Shown: positions 43,715-54,325, counted from the first letter of the stretch. The stretch is 64,000 nt of DNA from Candidatus Nomurabacteria bacterium (GCA_943356775.1 CALRFU010000002.1:48524-112523), one strand, 5' to 3'. Translations and numbers: made by a program. The notes: generated by a model from the letters alone, not told the origin.

Positions 43715-44072
43715 TGTCCTCCAGTATACCGCGCAGATACACGGTGTCAGGTGTATAAAATTGAACTACGGCGCGCAAGCACGCCGTGGTCTTTTGTCGG
43801 GGAATTTCCTCTTTCCCGGACGGGAGCCTAGTCTCCGCCGGACTGCTTCACCCGGTCCAAGTCCCGGCGTTTCTCTTTTTCCTTCTCCGCCCGCCGGCGC
43901 AGAACCTTACCGTGCCCTGCTACCTGCTGGGCAATTTTGAGAATCTCATTGTCGCCGCTTTGCTTTTGCCGCTACACTGGTAGATATTCCCTTTCTCTTG
44001 TACGCATCCTCTCGACTCCAAAGCGAAGAGAAAACCCTCTGGGGGTGTGATGGCGTCGATATCAAAATATCA

Positions 44073-44828
44073 TCATGCTTCCGATTCAATACGCTTGAAA
44101 TCATCCGGAAGTGTCGCTGTAAAGATTTCTCGACTTCCTTTCATGATAAACGAGATGTTATATGCGTGAAGCGCGGGGCGCTTGAAGCCTAGGACAGGAG
44201 TGCTATAAGCGGCGTAAAGATGGTCGGCAACGACGGGATGACCGATAGAGGCTAGGTGGACGCGAATTTGATGGGTCCGCCCTGTCTTCGGCTGCACCTC
44301 AATATACGAAGCAAGCTCGCCCGTTTCGGTGTCCGCCAGGTGCATCAAGAGGCGCCAATCGGTAATAGCTGCGCGGTTGTCGTTCTCTACGCACGGCCTG
44401 GCCGACGGGTCGTTGGTCGGCACCTGTGGACGGCAATACCATCGCCTGGGCGGCTCAGAGCTGCGCATAATTTCCGCCACTATTTTTCCCTCTCCTGTTT
44501 CCATATGTCCATACACGAAAGCTCGATAGACCTTTTCCACTCGCCGCTCTTTGAATTCATTCTTTAGATATGTGTACATCTCCGGCGTCTTTGCGATAAG
44601 CATGACACCGCTTGTCGTCCTATCGAGCCGGTGCACGATTCCGGGCAAAAGGATGCTCTCTCCCTGCGGAGAAATCCACGGCTCCCCCACGCCCGCAAGC
44701 GCCGGATATTCTTTTAGAATCCAATCCGCAAGAGATGGCTCGCTCGTACGACCATCGCTATGCACGATGAGCCCAGCTGGTTTGTCGACCACTACTATTT
44801 CATCGGTCTCCGCAATTATCCTCGGCAC
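44073..44828 (-). CDS. RluA-family pseudouridine synthase
   Basis: HRLDRTTSG catalytic motif. VVDKPAGL.VH. Confidence 0.85.
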   Translation of the reverse strand: MPRIIAETDEIVVVDKPAGLIVHSDGRTSEPSLADWILKEYPALAGVGEPWISPQGESILLPGIVHRLDRTTSGVMLIAKTPEMYTYLKNEFKERRVEKVYRAFVYGHMETGEGKIVAEIMRSSEPPRRWYCRPQVPTNDPSARPCVENDNRAAITDWRLLMHLADTETGELASYIEVQPKTGRTHQIRVHLASIGHPVVADHLYAAYSTPVLGFKRPALHAYNISFIMKGSREIFTATLPDDFKRIESEA

Positions 44829-44834
44829 AAATAT

Positions 44835-45128
44835 CTACGTGAGCATCTGTTTGCTCTGCTCCTCAATCATTTTCTCAATTTTGCTCTCAAACATCCGCAT
44901 CATAAAGGGTAGCTTGGCATTGAGTTCGTATTCCTTGTCTTTAACTTCGAGCTGTCCGGAGATGCTTTGGCCCTGAGTCGTAAACGCAAAATGGAGTACA
45001 TCCCCTTCCCAACGCTCTTCTCCTATTGCGACCTTTTCGGCAAGTTTAGGCTTCGCCTCAATGAGTAACCTCTGGACTCTCGCGACCGCTTCGTGTCGTG
45101 AGAAAGAATGCGGGATTTTCAATTGCAT
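44835..45128 (-). CDS. small protein resembling the putative polyhydroxyalkanoic-acid-system family
   Basis: Start trimmed to MQLKIPHSFS. MQLKIPHSFSRHEAVARV...WEGDVLHF...GQSISGQLEV follows the pattern R.H.L...A......W.GD.L.F...G..G.L.V. Family assignment is tentative. Confidence 0.4.
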   Translation of the reverse strand: MQLKIPHSFSRHEAVARVQRLLIEAKPKLAEKVAIGEERWEGDVLHFAFTTQGQSISGQLEVKDKEYELNAKLPFMMRMFESKIEKMIEEQSKQMLT

Positions 45129-45130
45129 AG

Positions 45131-45409
45131 TTATACTTTTCCCCCTTCGTCTTTTTGCCCGCCCATAATGTCCTTGGTCTGAATTGGACTTTGGATGCCC
45201 GGCTTCCATTCTGCGTGTATCTCTCCAAACTGCTTTTCGTAATCCTCAATCTGGTGCGCAAGATACTGTGCAAGGCGCTTCATATGCTGTGGTGTAAGCG
45301 CGTAGGCGATACCGTTCTCCCCCGTAATCATTCCCATAATAAAGAATTCCTGTGAGAAAGCGGCGGAGATATTCTCACAAAACTGCTTCGGTACTTTCGA
45401 GAGATCCAT
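45131..45409 (-). CDS. DUF3467 domain protein
   Basis: The C-terminus ...TPQHMKRLAQYLAHQIEDYEKQFGEI matches the DUF3467 C-terminal signature (..L...i..YE..fGeI). Confidence 0.5.
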   Translation of the reverse strand: MDLSKVPKQFCENISAAFSQEFFIMGMITGENGIAYALTPQHMKRLAQYLAHQIEDYEKQFGEIHAEWKPGIQSPIQTKDIMGGQKDEGGKV

Positions 45410-45421
45410 GGGGTTATTGTA

Positions 45422-45847
45422 TCAGTTCTCCTTAAGATCCAAGCATACGGAGTTTATACAATATCTCTTACCGGTCGGCGTGGGACCATCGTCGAAGACG
45501 TGCCCCAAGTGGGAGCCGCAGCGCGCGCAGGTAATCTCGGTACGTGACATCCCAAGAGTGCCGTCGTTGTGGGTTTCGATAGCGCCGGGGAGTGCTGTAT
45601 CAAAAGACGGCCAGCCGGTACCTGAATCAAATTTTGCATCAGATGAGAAGAGTGGATTGCCACAAGCTTTGCATTCGTAGGTACCATCAGCCTTCTCATG
45701 TACATACTCGCCGGAAAAAGGTGCTTCCGTCCCCTTCTCGCGGAGAACAGCGTACTCTTCGGGCGAGAGCATTTCTTTGAAACCCTCTTCATCTTGTGGC
45801 ATGGATTTCTTCATCTGATTTTGCGAAATCATGCCGCGTACCGTCAA
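45422..45847 (-). CDS. msrB: peptide-methionine (R)-S-oxide reductase
   Basis: Two CxxC zinc pairs ([19 protein letters not shown]) and the catalytic RYCINS. Confidence 0.9.
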   Translation of the reverse strand: MTVRGMISQNQMKKSMPQDEEGFKEMLSPEEYAVLREKGTEAPFSGEYVHEKADGTYECKACGNPLFSSDAKFDSGTGWPSFDTALPGAIETHNDGTLGMSRTEITCARCGSHLGHVFDDGPTPTGKRYCINSVCLDLKEN

Positions 45848-45914
45848 CTTTTACGCGGCCTGAGACGAAGTCTCAGTATACCAAACTACCCCCGTCGACG
45901 GGAGCGCCTAAAAT

Positions 45915-47699
45915 TTAGCGGCGGGATTTGACGCGGTCATTCTCAGTGAGAAATTGTTTACGGAGACGCACCGACAGTGGAGTGATTTCGAGGTACTCAT
46001 CTTCGCCCATCACTTCGAGCCCGCGCTCAATCGTAAGTTCAAACGGAGGAATGAGATTGATTGCTTCGTCGGCGCCACTTGAGCGCATGTTGGTGAGCTG
46101 TTTGCCTTTGGTCGGATTCACCATCATCTCCTCGCCTTTGGATGTGTTTCCGATGACCATGCCTTCGTAGACTTCGACAGCAGGACCGATGTACAAGACA
46201 CCGCGCTCCTGAAGATTCCACAGTGAGAATCCGAGTGCCTTGCCGCTCGCCATCGATATCATCGAGCCCACCTGTTTCTTCTTGATTTCTCCCGCGTGTG
46301 CCTTGAATCCAAGAACGCGGCTCGAAAGAATTCCCTCGCCCTTAGTATCGAGCACGAACTGATTCTTGTAGCCGAGAAGTCCGCGTGTCGGACCTTCGAA
46401 GATGAGGCGGACGCTGTTGTCGTGCACTTTCATGTCTTTCATGATGAATTTGCGCGTCCCAAGGCGTTCGATGATTGAACCCTGATATACACTCGGCGTG
46501 TCGACGATGACCTCCTCGTACGGCTCCATTTTTTGGCCACTTTCCTCGCGGATGATGACCTGAGGCTGTGACACTTGTAGTTCAAATCCTTCGCGGCGCA
46601 TATTCTCGATAAGGATTGCAATATGGAGTTCGCCCCGGCCGGATACCTTGAAGGTGTCCCCTCCGGAGAAGTCGACGCGTAGCCCCACGTTGATCTCGAG
46701 CTCTTTCTCGAGTCGGTCGCGAATTTGGCGCGTGGTGACAAATTTTCCTTCGCGTCCACCGAACGGCGAACTGTTGACGAGAAAATTAAGGGTGATGGTC
46801 GGCTCATCAATCGCAATCGCCGGAAGCGGTTCGACGCTCTGGTCATTGGTAATGGTTTCGCCGATGAAGATATCGGAGAGTCCTGCGATGAGGACGATGT
46901 CCCCCGGCTGTACTTCCGTCACCTCCTCCTTTTTAAGTCCGCGGAACGTGTACATCTTGGTGATTTTGCCCGGGCGGGTCTCGCCGGAAGGCTTCTTCAC
47001 AAACACCGTGTCGCCCATTTTCAGCGTACCGTCATAAATACGGGTGATTGCGAGACGACCGAGAAAGTTGTCGTACCCGAGGTTGAACGGCTGCGCGCGA
47101 AGCGGCTCCGTCGGACTATGGCCCTCCGACGCCGGCTTCACATGCTCGAGTACCACGTCGAGAAGCGGGGAGAGATCTCTTGATTCGTCTTCGAGAAGTC
47201 GTTTGGCGATACCCTGCTTGCCGATCGCATAGACAACGGGAAATTCCGCCTGAAGGTCGGACGCACCGAGCTCAAGGAAGAGTTCGAGGACCTGCTCTTC
47301 AGCGCGCTTGGGATCGGCCGCCGGTTTGTCGATCTTGTTGATGACGACGATGGGGCGGAGTCCGAGCTCGAGTGACTTCTTGAGCACGAATCGGGTCTGA
47401 GGCATAGGCCCTTCTTGTGCGTCAACGACAAGCAACACTGAGTCAATCGAGCGGAGCACGCGCTCAACCTCCGAACCGAAGTCGGCATGGCCTGGCGTAT
47501 CGACGATATTGATCTTGGTATCTTTGTAGAAAATAGCGGCGTTCTTGGAATATATAGTGATGCCGCGCTCGAGTTCAAGCGCGTTTGAGTCCATCGACAC
47601 CCCCTCTTCGCCGACGCCAGTCTGTTTCAAGATAGCATCGGTGAGAGTCGTCTTCCCGTGGTCGACGTGGGCAATAATAGCTATGTTGCGGATTTCCAT
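45915..47699 (-). CDS. typA: translational GTPase TypA/BipA
   Basis: [18 protein letters not shown]1 motif, EF-G-like domains, 594 aa after trimming to MEIRNIAII. The longer ORF adds 28 aa of non-homologous leader. Confidence 0.9.
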   Translation of the reverse strand: MEIRNIAIIAHVDHGKTTLTDAILKQTGVGEEGVSMDSNALELERGITIYSKNAAIFYKDTKINIVDTPGHADFGSEVERVLRSIDSVLLVVDAQEGPMPQTRFVLKKSLELGLRPIVVINKIDKPAADPKRAEEQVLELFLELGASDLQAEFPVVYAIGKQGIAKRLLEDESRDLSPLLDVVLEHVKPASEGHSPTEPLRAQPFNLGYDNFLGRLAITRIYDGTLKMGDTVFVKKPSGETRPGKITKMYTFRGLKKEEVTEVQPGDIVLIAGLSDIFIGETITNDQSVEPLPAIAIDEPTITLNFLVNSSPFGGREGKFVTTRQIRDRLEKELEINVGLRVDFSGGDTFKVSGRGELHIAILIENMRREGFELQVSQPQVIIREESGQKMEPYEEVIVDTPSVYQGSIIERLGTRKFIMKDMKVHDNSVRLIFEGPTRGLLGYKNQFVLDTKGEGILSSRVLGFKAHAGEIKKKQVGSMISMASGKALGFSLWNLQERGVLYIGPAVEVYEGMVIGNTSKGEEMMVNPTKGKQLTNMRSSGADEAINLIPPFELTIERGLEVMGEDEYLEITPLSVRLRKQFLTENDRVKSRR

Positions 47700-47754
47700 A
47701 AAGTGATGATATCTCCTGCTTTGCCAAGGCTTCGCAGGATGCTTTCGCATCGTG

Positions 47755-47790
47755 AAAGCAAAAATGCCTCGTTGCCGAGGCACCGAGGCT
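47755..47790 (-). terminator. rho-independent terminator after the DsbA-like gene, upstream of typA
   Basis: Minus strand GCCUCG-GCAA-CGAGGC followed by AUUUUUGCUUU. Confidence 0.5.
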
Positions 47791-47831
47791 CCATTGTGCC
47801 TTATTCTGGGGTTTGCGTCAAGAAACCGCTA

Positions 47832-48608
47832 TTACAACTGCGGGTCAATAGCACCCTTAAAGCTCGCGATTTCTGCAGCACCGGGAATCATTGTTTTGCC
47901 CGTAATGAACCCGGGTGTTCCGTTGATGCCGAGTGTCCCGCCCTCTGCACGATCCGCATCTATCGCAGCCTGGTACTTCTCGCGATTGGCCGCGACATCC
48001 GCTTTTACTTTCGCTGAATCCATTCCGGAGATGCTCTTGATGAGAGTAACGATGCTTGCTTCGTTGCCGAATCCGCCATGCTCCTCGTCTTGCGCCTCAA
48101 ACATGCCCTCCCGCCATTCGTAGTACTTTGCGGGATAGAGAGCCCAGACAGCCCGGCCGTAGAGTGCTGCGGTAGTCGAATCTTCGCTCAAAAATGCGAA
48201 ATCCTTAAATACAATCTTGAGCTTGCCCGTGTCCACGTAATCCCTGATAAGAATCGGGAACGCAGGCTCAATCGGTATTTGTGGTATGCCGCCGACATCA
48301 ACCGCCTTGCAGTACGGGCACTGGAAATCAGACCAGTATGCGAGCACGACCTTCGCATCCGCCTTGCCTATGTAGGGAGAGCCCTCAATCTTCACGTCCT
48401 TAATATCTACCGATACGGTCGGCTGCGTACCACCTTGCGCAGCGGAGCCGCCGCTCTTGGAAAGTCCGAAATAGAGCCCCCCGCCGACGAGGACACCGGC
48501 AATAACGATAGCGGTAGGAAGGAAGAGTGCCGAGTTGTCACGAGTTGTATTTACTGGGGGCATATGTGGGTACATTCTACACCATTCAGGAATATTGCAA
48601 CTGTGCAT
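47832..48608 (-). CDS. membrane-anchored DsbA-like thiol:disulfide oxidoreductase
   Basis: Thioredoxin-fold CPYC active site (WSDFQCPYCKA) with an N-terminal TM. The exact start is uncertain (MYPHM or MPPVN). Confidence 0.7.
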   Translation of the reverse strand: MHSCNIPEWCRMYPHMPPVNTTRDNSALFLPTAIVIAGVLVGGGLYFGLSKSGGSAAQGGTQPTVSVDIKDVKIEGSPYIGKADAKVVLAYWSDFQCPYCKAVDVGGIPQIPIEPAFPILIRDYVDTGKLKIVFKDFAFLSEDSTTAALYGRAVWALYPAKYYEWREGMFEAQDEEHGGFGNEASIVTLIKSISGMDSAKVKADVAANREKYQAAIDADRAEGGTLGINGTPGFITGKTMIPGAAEIASFKGAIDPQL

Positions 48609-49813
48609 TACTTTTTCACTCCCTGAAGCACATTCCAGATATTGGGGTCTTGCCCGCCATCAAGCTTGAATATAGAGATGCCACGTACTCCTAGCTTTTT
48701 TGCAAGGTCTATCTTCTGCTGCATTGATTGCGCATCAGGCCAATCCATAAGACGGAAATCTAGATGCGATTTATGGGTATCGGCATATGTCGTAGCAGCG
48801 AGTGCCGCAAGGAGTGCCGAAGTTGCACCGAGAGAGACGGGTGTCGTGCTAGTAGGCGCATTCGCGACGTATGTGAAATGCATCTCCCCTGCACTATTGC
48901 GACTAGGAGTGATGCCGTACTGTGAAGCGATGTCTGTTGCGTAACGTGGATTGAAAGGCCAGAGAATATCGTACACATACTCCTTACCTTCGTATGCAGT
49001 TACAGCATATTCATACCCGTAGGTAGGTACCCCGATGAGTATCTTGCTCTTCGCAATGTCCTTCATCATGAATGTGATGCTCTTCTCCACCCAGGCAGGG
49101 TCAGCGACAGGCGCGTAGAGTTGCGAAGAAGAAGCCGCCGTAGCCACAAGCTTCTGATCTATCCCCTGTTGATCGTACGTCATAATGCGCACGCGATCGC
49201 AGTATTTATTTATCTGCTTCAAATCGTTTGCATACACGCCAGCGCCTTTCGGCGGCTTAGAACCATAGTACTGGTCTCCTAGTGGTGTGCGCGATTCGAT
49301 GGTACACATGAGCATTGAGCTTTTGGGCAAACGTAAGACGAGCCCCTTTAAAAAAGTTGAAAAGTAATCTTTATCTTTTGCATACTTGCCTTCGAAATCG
49401 ATGTCGATGCCGTCGTAGCCTTTATCTTTCACAAGCGCGACGATACGGTCTTCGAGCGCGATGCGCATCTTTTTATTACTCAATATCTTATGCAAGGCTT
49501 CTCCTCCGCTCGACATGATGGTCGGAATAATACGAACCTTTTTTGCTTTGGCCTCGGCAATGAATGAAAGCCATGGCTCTTTATCCATGGCACCGTTATC
49601 ACGCAAAGTGCCATCGGTGCGGATGGTATAGACAAACGGATTAACTTCGGTGAGCTTGTCCAAATGGGGCAAGGTGTCCGTAGTGCCGGTCGCTACGCGC
49701 CAATACGGGATCCAGCCGGTCACTTCAAATTTCGTAACTGTTGCAGCAGAAGTCGAGAGCGGTAGTGTGAAAAAAAGCGCACACAAAAGTGCCAAAGAAT
49801 ATCTCATGCTCAT
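48608..49813 (-). CDS. secreted glycoside hydrolase family 18 (chitinase/YaaH-like) protein
   Basis: Signal peptide plus the GH18 catalytic motif DGIDIDFE (DxxDxDxE). Confidence 0.75.
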   Translation of the reverse strand: MSMRYSLALLCALFFTLPLSTSAATVTKFEVTGWIPYWRVATGTTDTLPHLDKLTEVNPFVYTIRTDGTLRDNGAMDKEPWLSFIAEAKAKKVRIIPTIMSSGGEALHKILSNKKMRIALEDRIVALVKDKGYDGIDIDFEGKYAKDKDYFSTFLKGLVLRLPKSSMLMCTIESRTPLGDQYYGSKPPKGAGVYANDLKQINKYCDRVRIMTYDQQGIDQKLVATAASSSQLYAPVADPAWVEKSITFMMKDIAKSKILIGVPTYGYEYAVTAYEGKEYVYDILWPFNPRYATDIASQYGITPSRNSAGEMHFTYVANAPTSTTPVSLGATSALLAALAATTYADTHKSHLDFRLMDWPDAQSMQQKIDLAKKLGVRGISIFKLDGGQDPNIWNVLQGVKK

Positions 49814-49858
49814 ATGACGTCTCAGTGTAGCAAACGTTACAGACGACGGAACGCAAAT

Positions 49859-50512
49859 TTAATACCACGTCTCCTCACCATCACCTGAAAGCGGAATCGT
49901 CGGTCCCAGATATTTCGGTTGACGGTCAAAAAGCACATCAAAAAATGCCTTGATAGATGCCGGTATCTCGCGGACGTAGTCATACGGCGAACGCTCTCCC
50001 CCTTTTGCGACAATGCCGTATGCATCAATCCCCAGACTCCGCGCTATCCAAAGCGCACGCGGGAGATGAAAATCCTGAGTCACAATAGTGAGCGAACGTA
50101 CGAGAAACACCTCCCGGGCACGGTACATGCTGCTGTATGTGTCGAACCCCGCATGGTCGAGAAAGATATCTTGCGGTGCGACTCCTGCGTCGAGTAAATA
50201 CTTACGCACCGGAGTGACCTCATCATGAGTGAGCGCGCCGTTGTCGCCCGTGACAAGAATCTTCGAGACCTTGTGTGCTTTGTAGAGTGCTATTGCTGTG
50301 TCTGCTCGCTCCGCGAGTATAGGAGATGGGCTGCCGCGATAGACCGACGCGCCCAATACGAGCGCGCCTTCCGTATGGGGAACATCATTGGTAGAAGACG
50401 CTATGTATGAATCGACCACGACACGCGTGAGTATCGGCACCATCATCGCGAGCGCGATAAGCCCGAGCAGAGCGACAAAGCCGAGTCTATAGTATCTGCG
50501 AACGAAGTGCAT
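49859..50512 (-). CDS. SanA/YdcF (DUF218) family protein
   Basis: N-terminal TM, ALVLGASV...ILVTGDNG pattern of DUF218. Confidence 0.75.
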   Translation of the reverse strand: MHFVRRYYRLGFVALLGLIALAMMVPILTRVVVDSYIASSTNDVPHTEGALVLGASVYRGSPSPILAERADTAIALYKAHKVSKILVTGDNGALTHDEVTPVRKYLLDAGVAPQDIFLDHAGFDTYSSMYRAREVFLVRSLTIVTQDFHLPRALWIARSLGIDAYGIVAKGGERSPYDYVREIPASIKAFFDVLFDRQPKYLGPTIPLSGDGEETWY

Positions 50513-50555
50513 AAGAGAACAGTATGCACTCTTTCCCTAGTTTTGATGAAGGGGG

Positions 50556-51980
50556 TTACAGTACCTGAAACAGCAAGGCCTGGCTCGTGCCGGCAGTATT
50601 CGTCACATAGAGTTGTACGGGGCCCGGGAGTATCTGCTGGGCATTTTGCGCACATACCGTGTTGTTGCCAGGAATCACAATGTCACACGGCGAGACGTAT
50701 GCCGGAATCGTGTAGTAGATGGTTGTGCCGTTGTTGAAGGAAGGCACGTGGAGCGTACCGCCCTGGCCGAAACGCACGGTGTTATCGAGTGCGTTCCATC
50801 CTGTTCCCTGCAACATCACCTGTGTCCCGACGCGACCGGAGGTCGGCGTGAGGTACGAGAGCGAGACGTTGCCGTAGGAGCCACCGGTCGAGGTCACGTA
50901 GAACGAGATGCTGTTACTTGTGTAGCCTGAGAAATTCGAGACCGACACATTGTAGGTGCCGACGGTGACGAACGTCGTGGACGGTCCCGCGAGCTGAGAC
51001 GGGATGATGAACGTAAGCGAACGACCATCGGGCGAGTTGATGCCCGTGATGACACCGCCGCCGAAGTGTATGGTGTTGCCCGTCGGGCTGAAGCCTGAGC
51101 CATATACGGTGACGGTGGAACCAACAGCACCAGACGTAGGATTAAGGTATGCGATGTATGGAGTGTTTACGTTTGGCGGGCAGTACCTGGTGTTGTACGG
51201 GTTGTAAGAACCGTAGGTGTACGTGTTGTTGCAGGCAGAGTAGCTCGCAATGACGTTGAAGGTGAGCGTGTTGCTCGTGCCACGAGAATTGGTGACATAG
51301 ACACCAGCGCCACCGGGAGTGATACCGCCTGGTACCGTCACCGTGAGAGATGTGCCGTTGGCCGATGGCACGCTTGCAACTGGTTGGCTACCGAAGTAGA
51401 TGGTGTTGTTTACGTAATCGAGATTCGTTCCGTAGATGGTGAGGCTCGTACCTGGCTCACCAGAAACTGGTGAGAGCGATGTCAGCGCGACACCGTATCC
51501 ATAGCTGTACGAATTATTATTGCAGGTGTATGGGTACGTGTAGTAACAATTCGTATTTATATTGTTGTTGTAGTTGTAATTATTATTGTTGTACACCGAA
51601 CCATTGCAGCTCACGCGTGCGATAGCGGCACGTGTCGCCGCATCGACGGCTCCTGTCTGCGGCATCCCCTGCTCCATCTGGAAATTCTTTACCGCCGCGA
51701 GTGTGGCTGCGCGGAAGCTGCCAGTAATCATCCAGTTACCACCGCCTGGGTAATTGCGGGTGACTAGGAAAGTCTGAAGTTGAGAGACCTGCGACCCGCG
51801 CGAACCGTAGGAGAGGTCTGTCGCGAGGCTTACACACGTGCCTGCGTACGGCTGCGCATAGGTAGTGCCGTAATTACCTGCCTGCGCAGGCAGGTAGGTG
51901 GGGTAATAGCTTTGAGCCGAAGCAACATTGGCTCCGAATGCGACGACGACCACGAGCGAGGAAACGATGATTTTATTCAT
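50556..51980 (-). CDS. secreted protein with a peptidoglycan-binding domain (PG_binding_1) and tandem IPT/TIG-like repeats
   Basis: Signal peptide. LQTFLVTRNYPGG...FRAATLAAVKNFQMEQGMPQTGAVDAATRAAI matches PG_binding_1. At least three repeats of SLSPVSG..G..LTIYG.N......TI.FG are TIG-like. A low-complexity N/Y-rich linker separates them. Confidence 0.65.
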   Translation of the reverse strand: MNKIIVSSLVVVVAFGANVASAQSYYPTYLPAQAGNYGTTYAQPYAGTCVSLATDLSYGSRGSQVSQLQTFLVTRNYPGGGNWMITGSFRAATLAAVKNFQMEQGMPQTGAVDAATRAAIARVSCNGSVYNNNNYNYNNNINTNCYYTYPYTCNNNSYSYGYGVALTSLSPVSGEPGTSLTIYGTNLDYVNNTIYFGSQPVASVPSANGTSLTVTVPGGITPGGAGVYVTNSRGTSNTLTFNVIASYSACNNTYTYGSYNPYNTRYCPPNVNTPYIAYLNPTSGAVGSTVTVYGSGFSPTGNTIHFGGGVITGINSPDGRSLTFIIPSQLAGPSTTFVTVGTYNVSVSNFSGYTSNSISFYVTSTGGSYGNVSLSYLTPTSGRVGTQVMLQGTGWNALDNTVRFGQGGTLHVPSFNNGTTIYYTIPAYVSPCDIVIPGNNTVCAQNAQQILPGPVQLYVTNTAGTSQALLFQVL

Positions 51981-52099
51981 AAGTTGATGGTTAAATAAGG
52001 GCTTAAAAGCTTGACGACCTGATAATATCGGGTGCTAATGCGCCCACTATGCAACAAGTCTCTTCTTTATGCAAGCCTTCGCCTTTCTGTAAGATTTCG

Positions 52100-53419
52100 T
52101 TAGCGAGAGAATCGGCGTGGGCCGCGGGACGGCGCGCGCGATGATGAAGAGCGCGAGGAAGAAGTTCCGCGTGGGCGGCTTCCAAAACCAGAACCTCCGC
52201 GTGGAGTAAACCCTCCCGGCTGCGGGCGGGAAAATCTGCGTGGTCGGTCGTCATCGACGTACGGCTGCGCTGCGCGTGCAGGCGGTAATGCGGGAAGTAC
52301 TGAAATTGGCACGGTCTTCCGGATGAGATGCTCAATATCGCGTATCTCGCGCTTCTGATGCGGCTCGGCGAAGGATATTGCATGACCCTCGGCACCGGCG
52401 CGCGCGGTGCGGCCGATGCGATGTACGTAATCGGAGGTATCCATCGGAAGGTCGTAATTGATGACGAGCTCAATCCCCTTCACATCGATACCGCGTGAAG
52501 CGATATCCGTGGCGACCAGGACGCGATATTTACCGTTCTTAAATCCGTCCAAAGCTTCGCGCCGCTGCGAGAGCGAACGGTTGCCGTGAATCTCCGCCGC
52601 AGTGTGCCCCATGGATGCGACCGTGCGCATGATGCGCTTCGCGCCGTGCTTGGTGCGGGAGAACACAAGAGTAGAGCCGGCGTAGTCGCCAAGAATTTTC
52701 TCAAGTAAGCGTCCCTTATCTTCTTTGCGTACGATAAAGAATTCCTGCGTTACTTTTGCCACCGTCGTCCCCGCGGGAGCGACTTCGATGCGCAGCGGCA
52801 GCTTCATATGCTGTGTCGCGAGCTGCATGATTTCTTTTGAGAGCGTCGCGGAAAAAAGCATCGTCTGACGCTTTGAGGGGGCTGCGGCGATAATCTTTTT
52901 CACTTGCGGCCAGAAGCCCATATCGAGCATGCGGTCCGCTTCGTCGAGAATGAGGACTTCCACCATATCGAGCTTGAGGGTCTTTTGGGCGAGGTGGTCG
53001 AGCAAACGGCCGGGAGTGGCGATAATCACGTGCGGGTCACGGCGGAGAGAAGAAATTTGCATGCCCATTGATGCCCCACCGATGAATACGGTGGTGCGCA
53101 TACCAAGGGGTCGAGCGACCTTCGAGAGGGTCTCTTCTACCTGCAATGCAAGCTCGCGCGTAGGGACGAGGATGAGCCCGCGACCTTCCCCTGCCGCCAA
53201 TCGCTGCAAGAGGGGTATACCAAACGCGAGGGTCTTTCCTGTGCCTGTCTGAGCGACGCCGACGACGTCTTTGCCCGCGACTCCTTCAGGAATAGCACGA
53301 TATTGGATAGGTGTCGGCGTGGTGAAATTAAGTTTGCCGAGTATGTCTAAGATGTTCGGTGAAATGCCGAGACCATTGAATGTATGCTCAGGCGTAGCCG
53401 GAGTGGGTGTTGGAGTCAT
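52100..53419 (-). CDS. DEAD-box ATP-dependent RNA helicase with an RG/S-rich C-terminal tail
   Basis: Q-motif, AQTGTGKT (motif I), DEAD, SAT and HRIGRTAR motifs. Confidence 0.9.
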   Translation of the reverse strand: MTPTPTPATPEHTFNGLGISPNILDILGKLNFTTPTPIQYRAIPEGVAGKDVVGVAQTGTGKTLAFGIPLLQRLAAGEGRGLILVPTRELALQVEETLSKVARPLGMRTTVFIGGASMGMQISSLRRDPHVIIATPGRLLDHLAQKTLKLDMVEVLILDEADRMLDMGFWPQVKKIIAAAPSKRQTMLFSATLSKEIMQLATQHMKLPLRIEVAPAGTTVAKVTQEFFIVRKEDKGRLLEKILGDYAGSTLVFSRTKHGAKRIMRTVASMGHTAAEIHGNRSLSQRREALDGFKNGKYRVLVATDIASRGIDVKGIELVINYDLPMDTSDYVHRIGRTARAGAEGHAISFAEPHQKREIRDIEHLIRKTVPISVLPALPPARAAQPYVDDDRPRRFSRPQPGGFTPRGGSGFGSRPRGTSSSRSSSSRAPSRGPRRFSR

Positions 53420-53939
53420 TGGAATATGTCTAGAAACGTCAATTAAGTGACCATGATACCATGAAAATCACATAAGTGCAAACCTCTGCCGGATGAGGCC
53501 GAAAGCATCGGAGGGACACCCCCTATCACGACCTGTAGTGCCGCATGTTATCGAGCGCCCAGGTGTACTCGATAATCAGAACGGCTATCCATTGCGGCTC
53601 GTTGTGCAGGAGAAAAAAGATTGTTCCGAAGATAACGGCTAAGGTATTGATAAAAAAAGGCGATATCAAAACTTTCTTCGTGACGCGACACCTCCTCGTT
53701 GTTCGTAACGTACCGCAACCATCCTATTATGTTCATATTTTTTCGGGTGCCGTCTTCTCGATATTTGTTACGTAGCCTTTCATACTTGTTTCGGTTTTTT
53801 TACCTTTCTTATTCCGCGGTTCTTCACCTTTCCCTCCAGGCGGTGCGCTTGCCAACGCTTCGTGGTTTCTCCTTTGAGAACCTTCTGACTTGGCTTCTTC
53901 CCCCCATCGCACTCCCATTCGATGAAGTTTGCCTGAACG

Positions 53940-54320
53940 CTACTCAAACCGTATCTGGAAGTTATACATTCCCATCGAGCACAGGCCCTGCATCGTGCCT
54001 TGCGCCTCATCCGGAGAGATGACGACTTCTTCCGTCCCCGACGGCTGGAGGAACTTTTGATATGAAAGCTTTGGAATGACCAGGCCGGATGAACAGTCGA
54101 ACGTCCCGCTCGTCTTGACGCGCAATATGGTCGGCATGCCTGCTGTCGCCGTAATGATATGCGGGCTATATCCCCCCTTGGCGGTCACGTCGATGAATTG
54201 CGTGCCGTCTACGACCGTCGCGACACCGGGCGCACCCCCTAGAGATTGACTCCCTAGCCAGAGAGCTCCCCCGATGATAATGAGACTGATGCCGACAGAG
54301 AAAATAATTGATTTATTCAT
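53940..54320 (-). CDS. cupredoxin-like domain protein (Cupredoxin_1-type), membrane-anchored
   Basis: 126 aa with an N-terminal TM and beta-rich sequence with C..S..GMY. Sits in the copper gene cluster. Family assignment by context and pattern only. Confidence 0.5.
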   Translation of the reverse strand: MNKSIIFSVGISLIIIGGALWLGSQSLGGAPGVATVVDGTQFIDVTAKGGYSPHIITATAGMPTILRVKTSGTFDCSSGLVIPKLSYQKFLQPSGTEEVVISPDEAQGTMQGLCSMGMYNFQIRFE

Positions 54321-54325
54321 ATTGA

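Noticed and set aside
52003-52473. 156-aa minus-strand ORF overlapping the 3' end of the DEAD-box helicase gene
   Set aside because: It is an out-of-frame overlap with the helicase RG-rich tail, and it has no features. Likely spurious.
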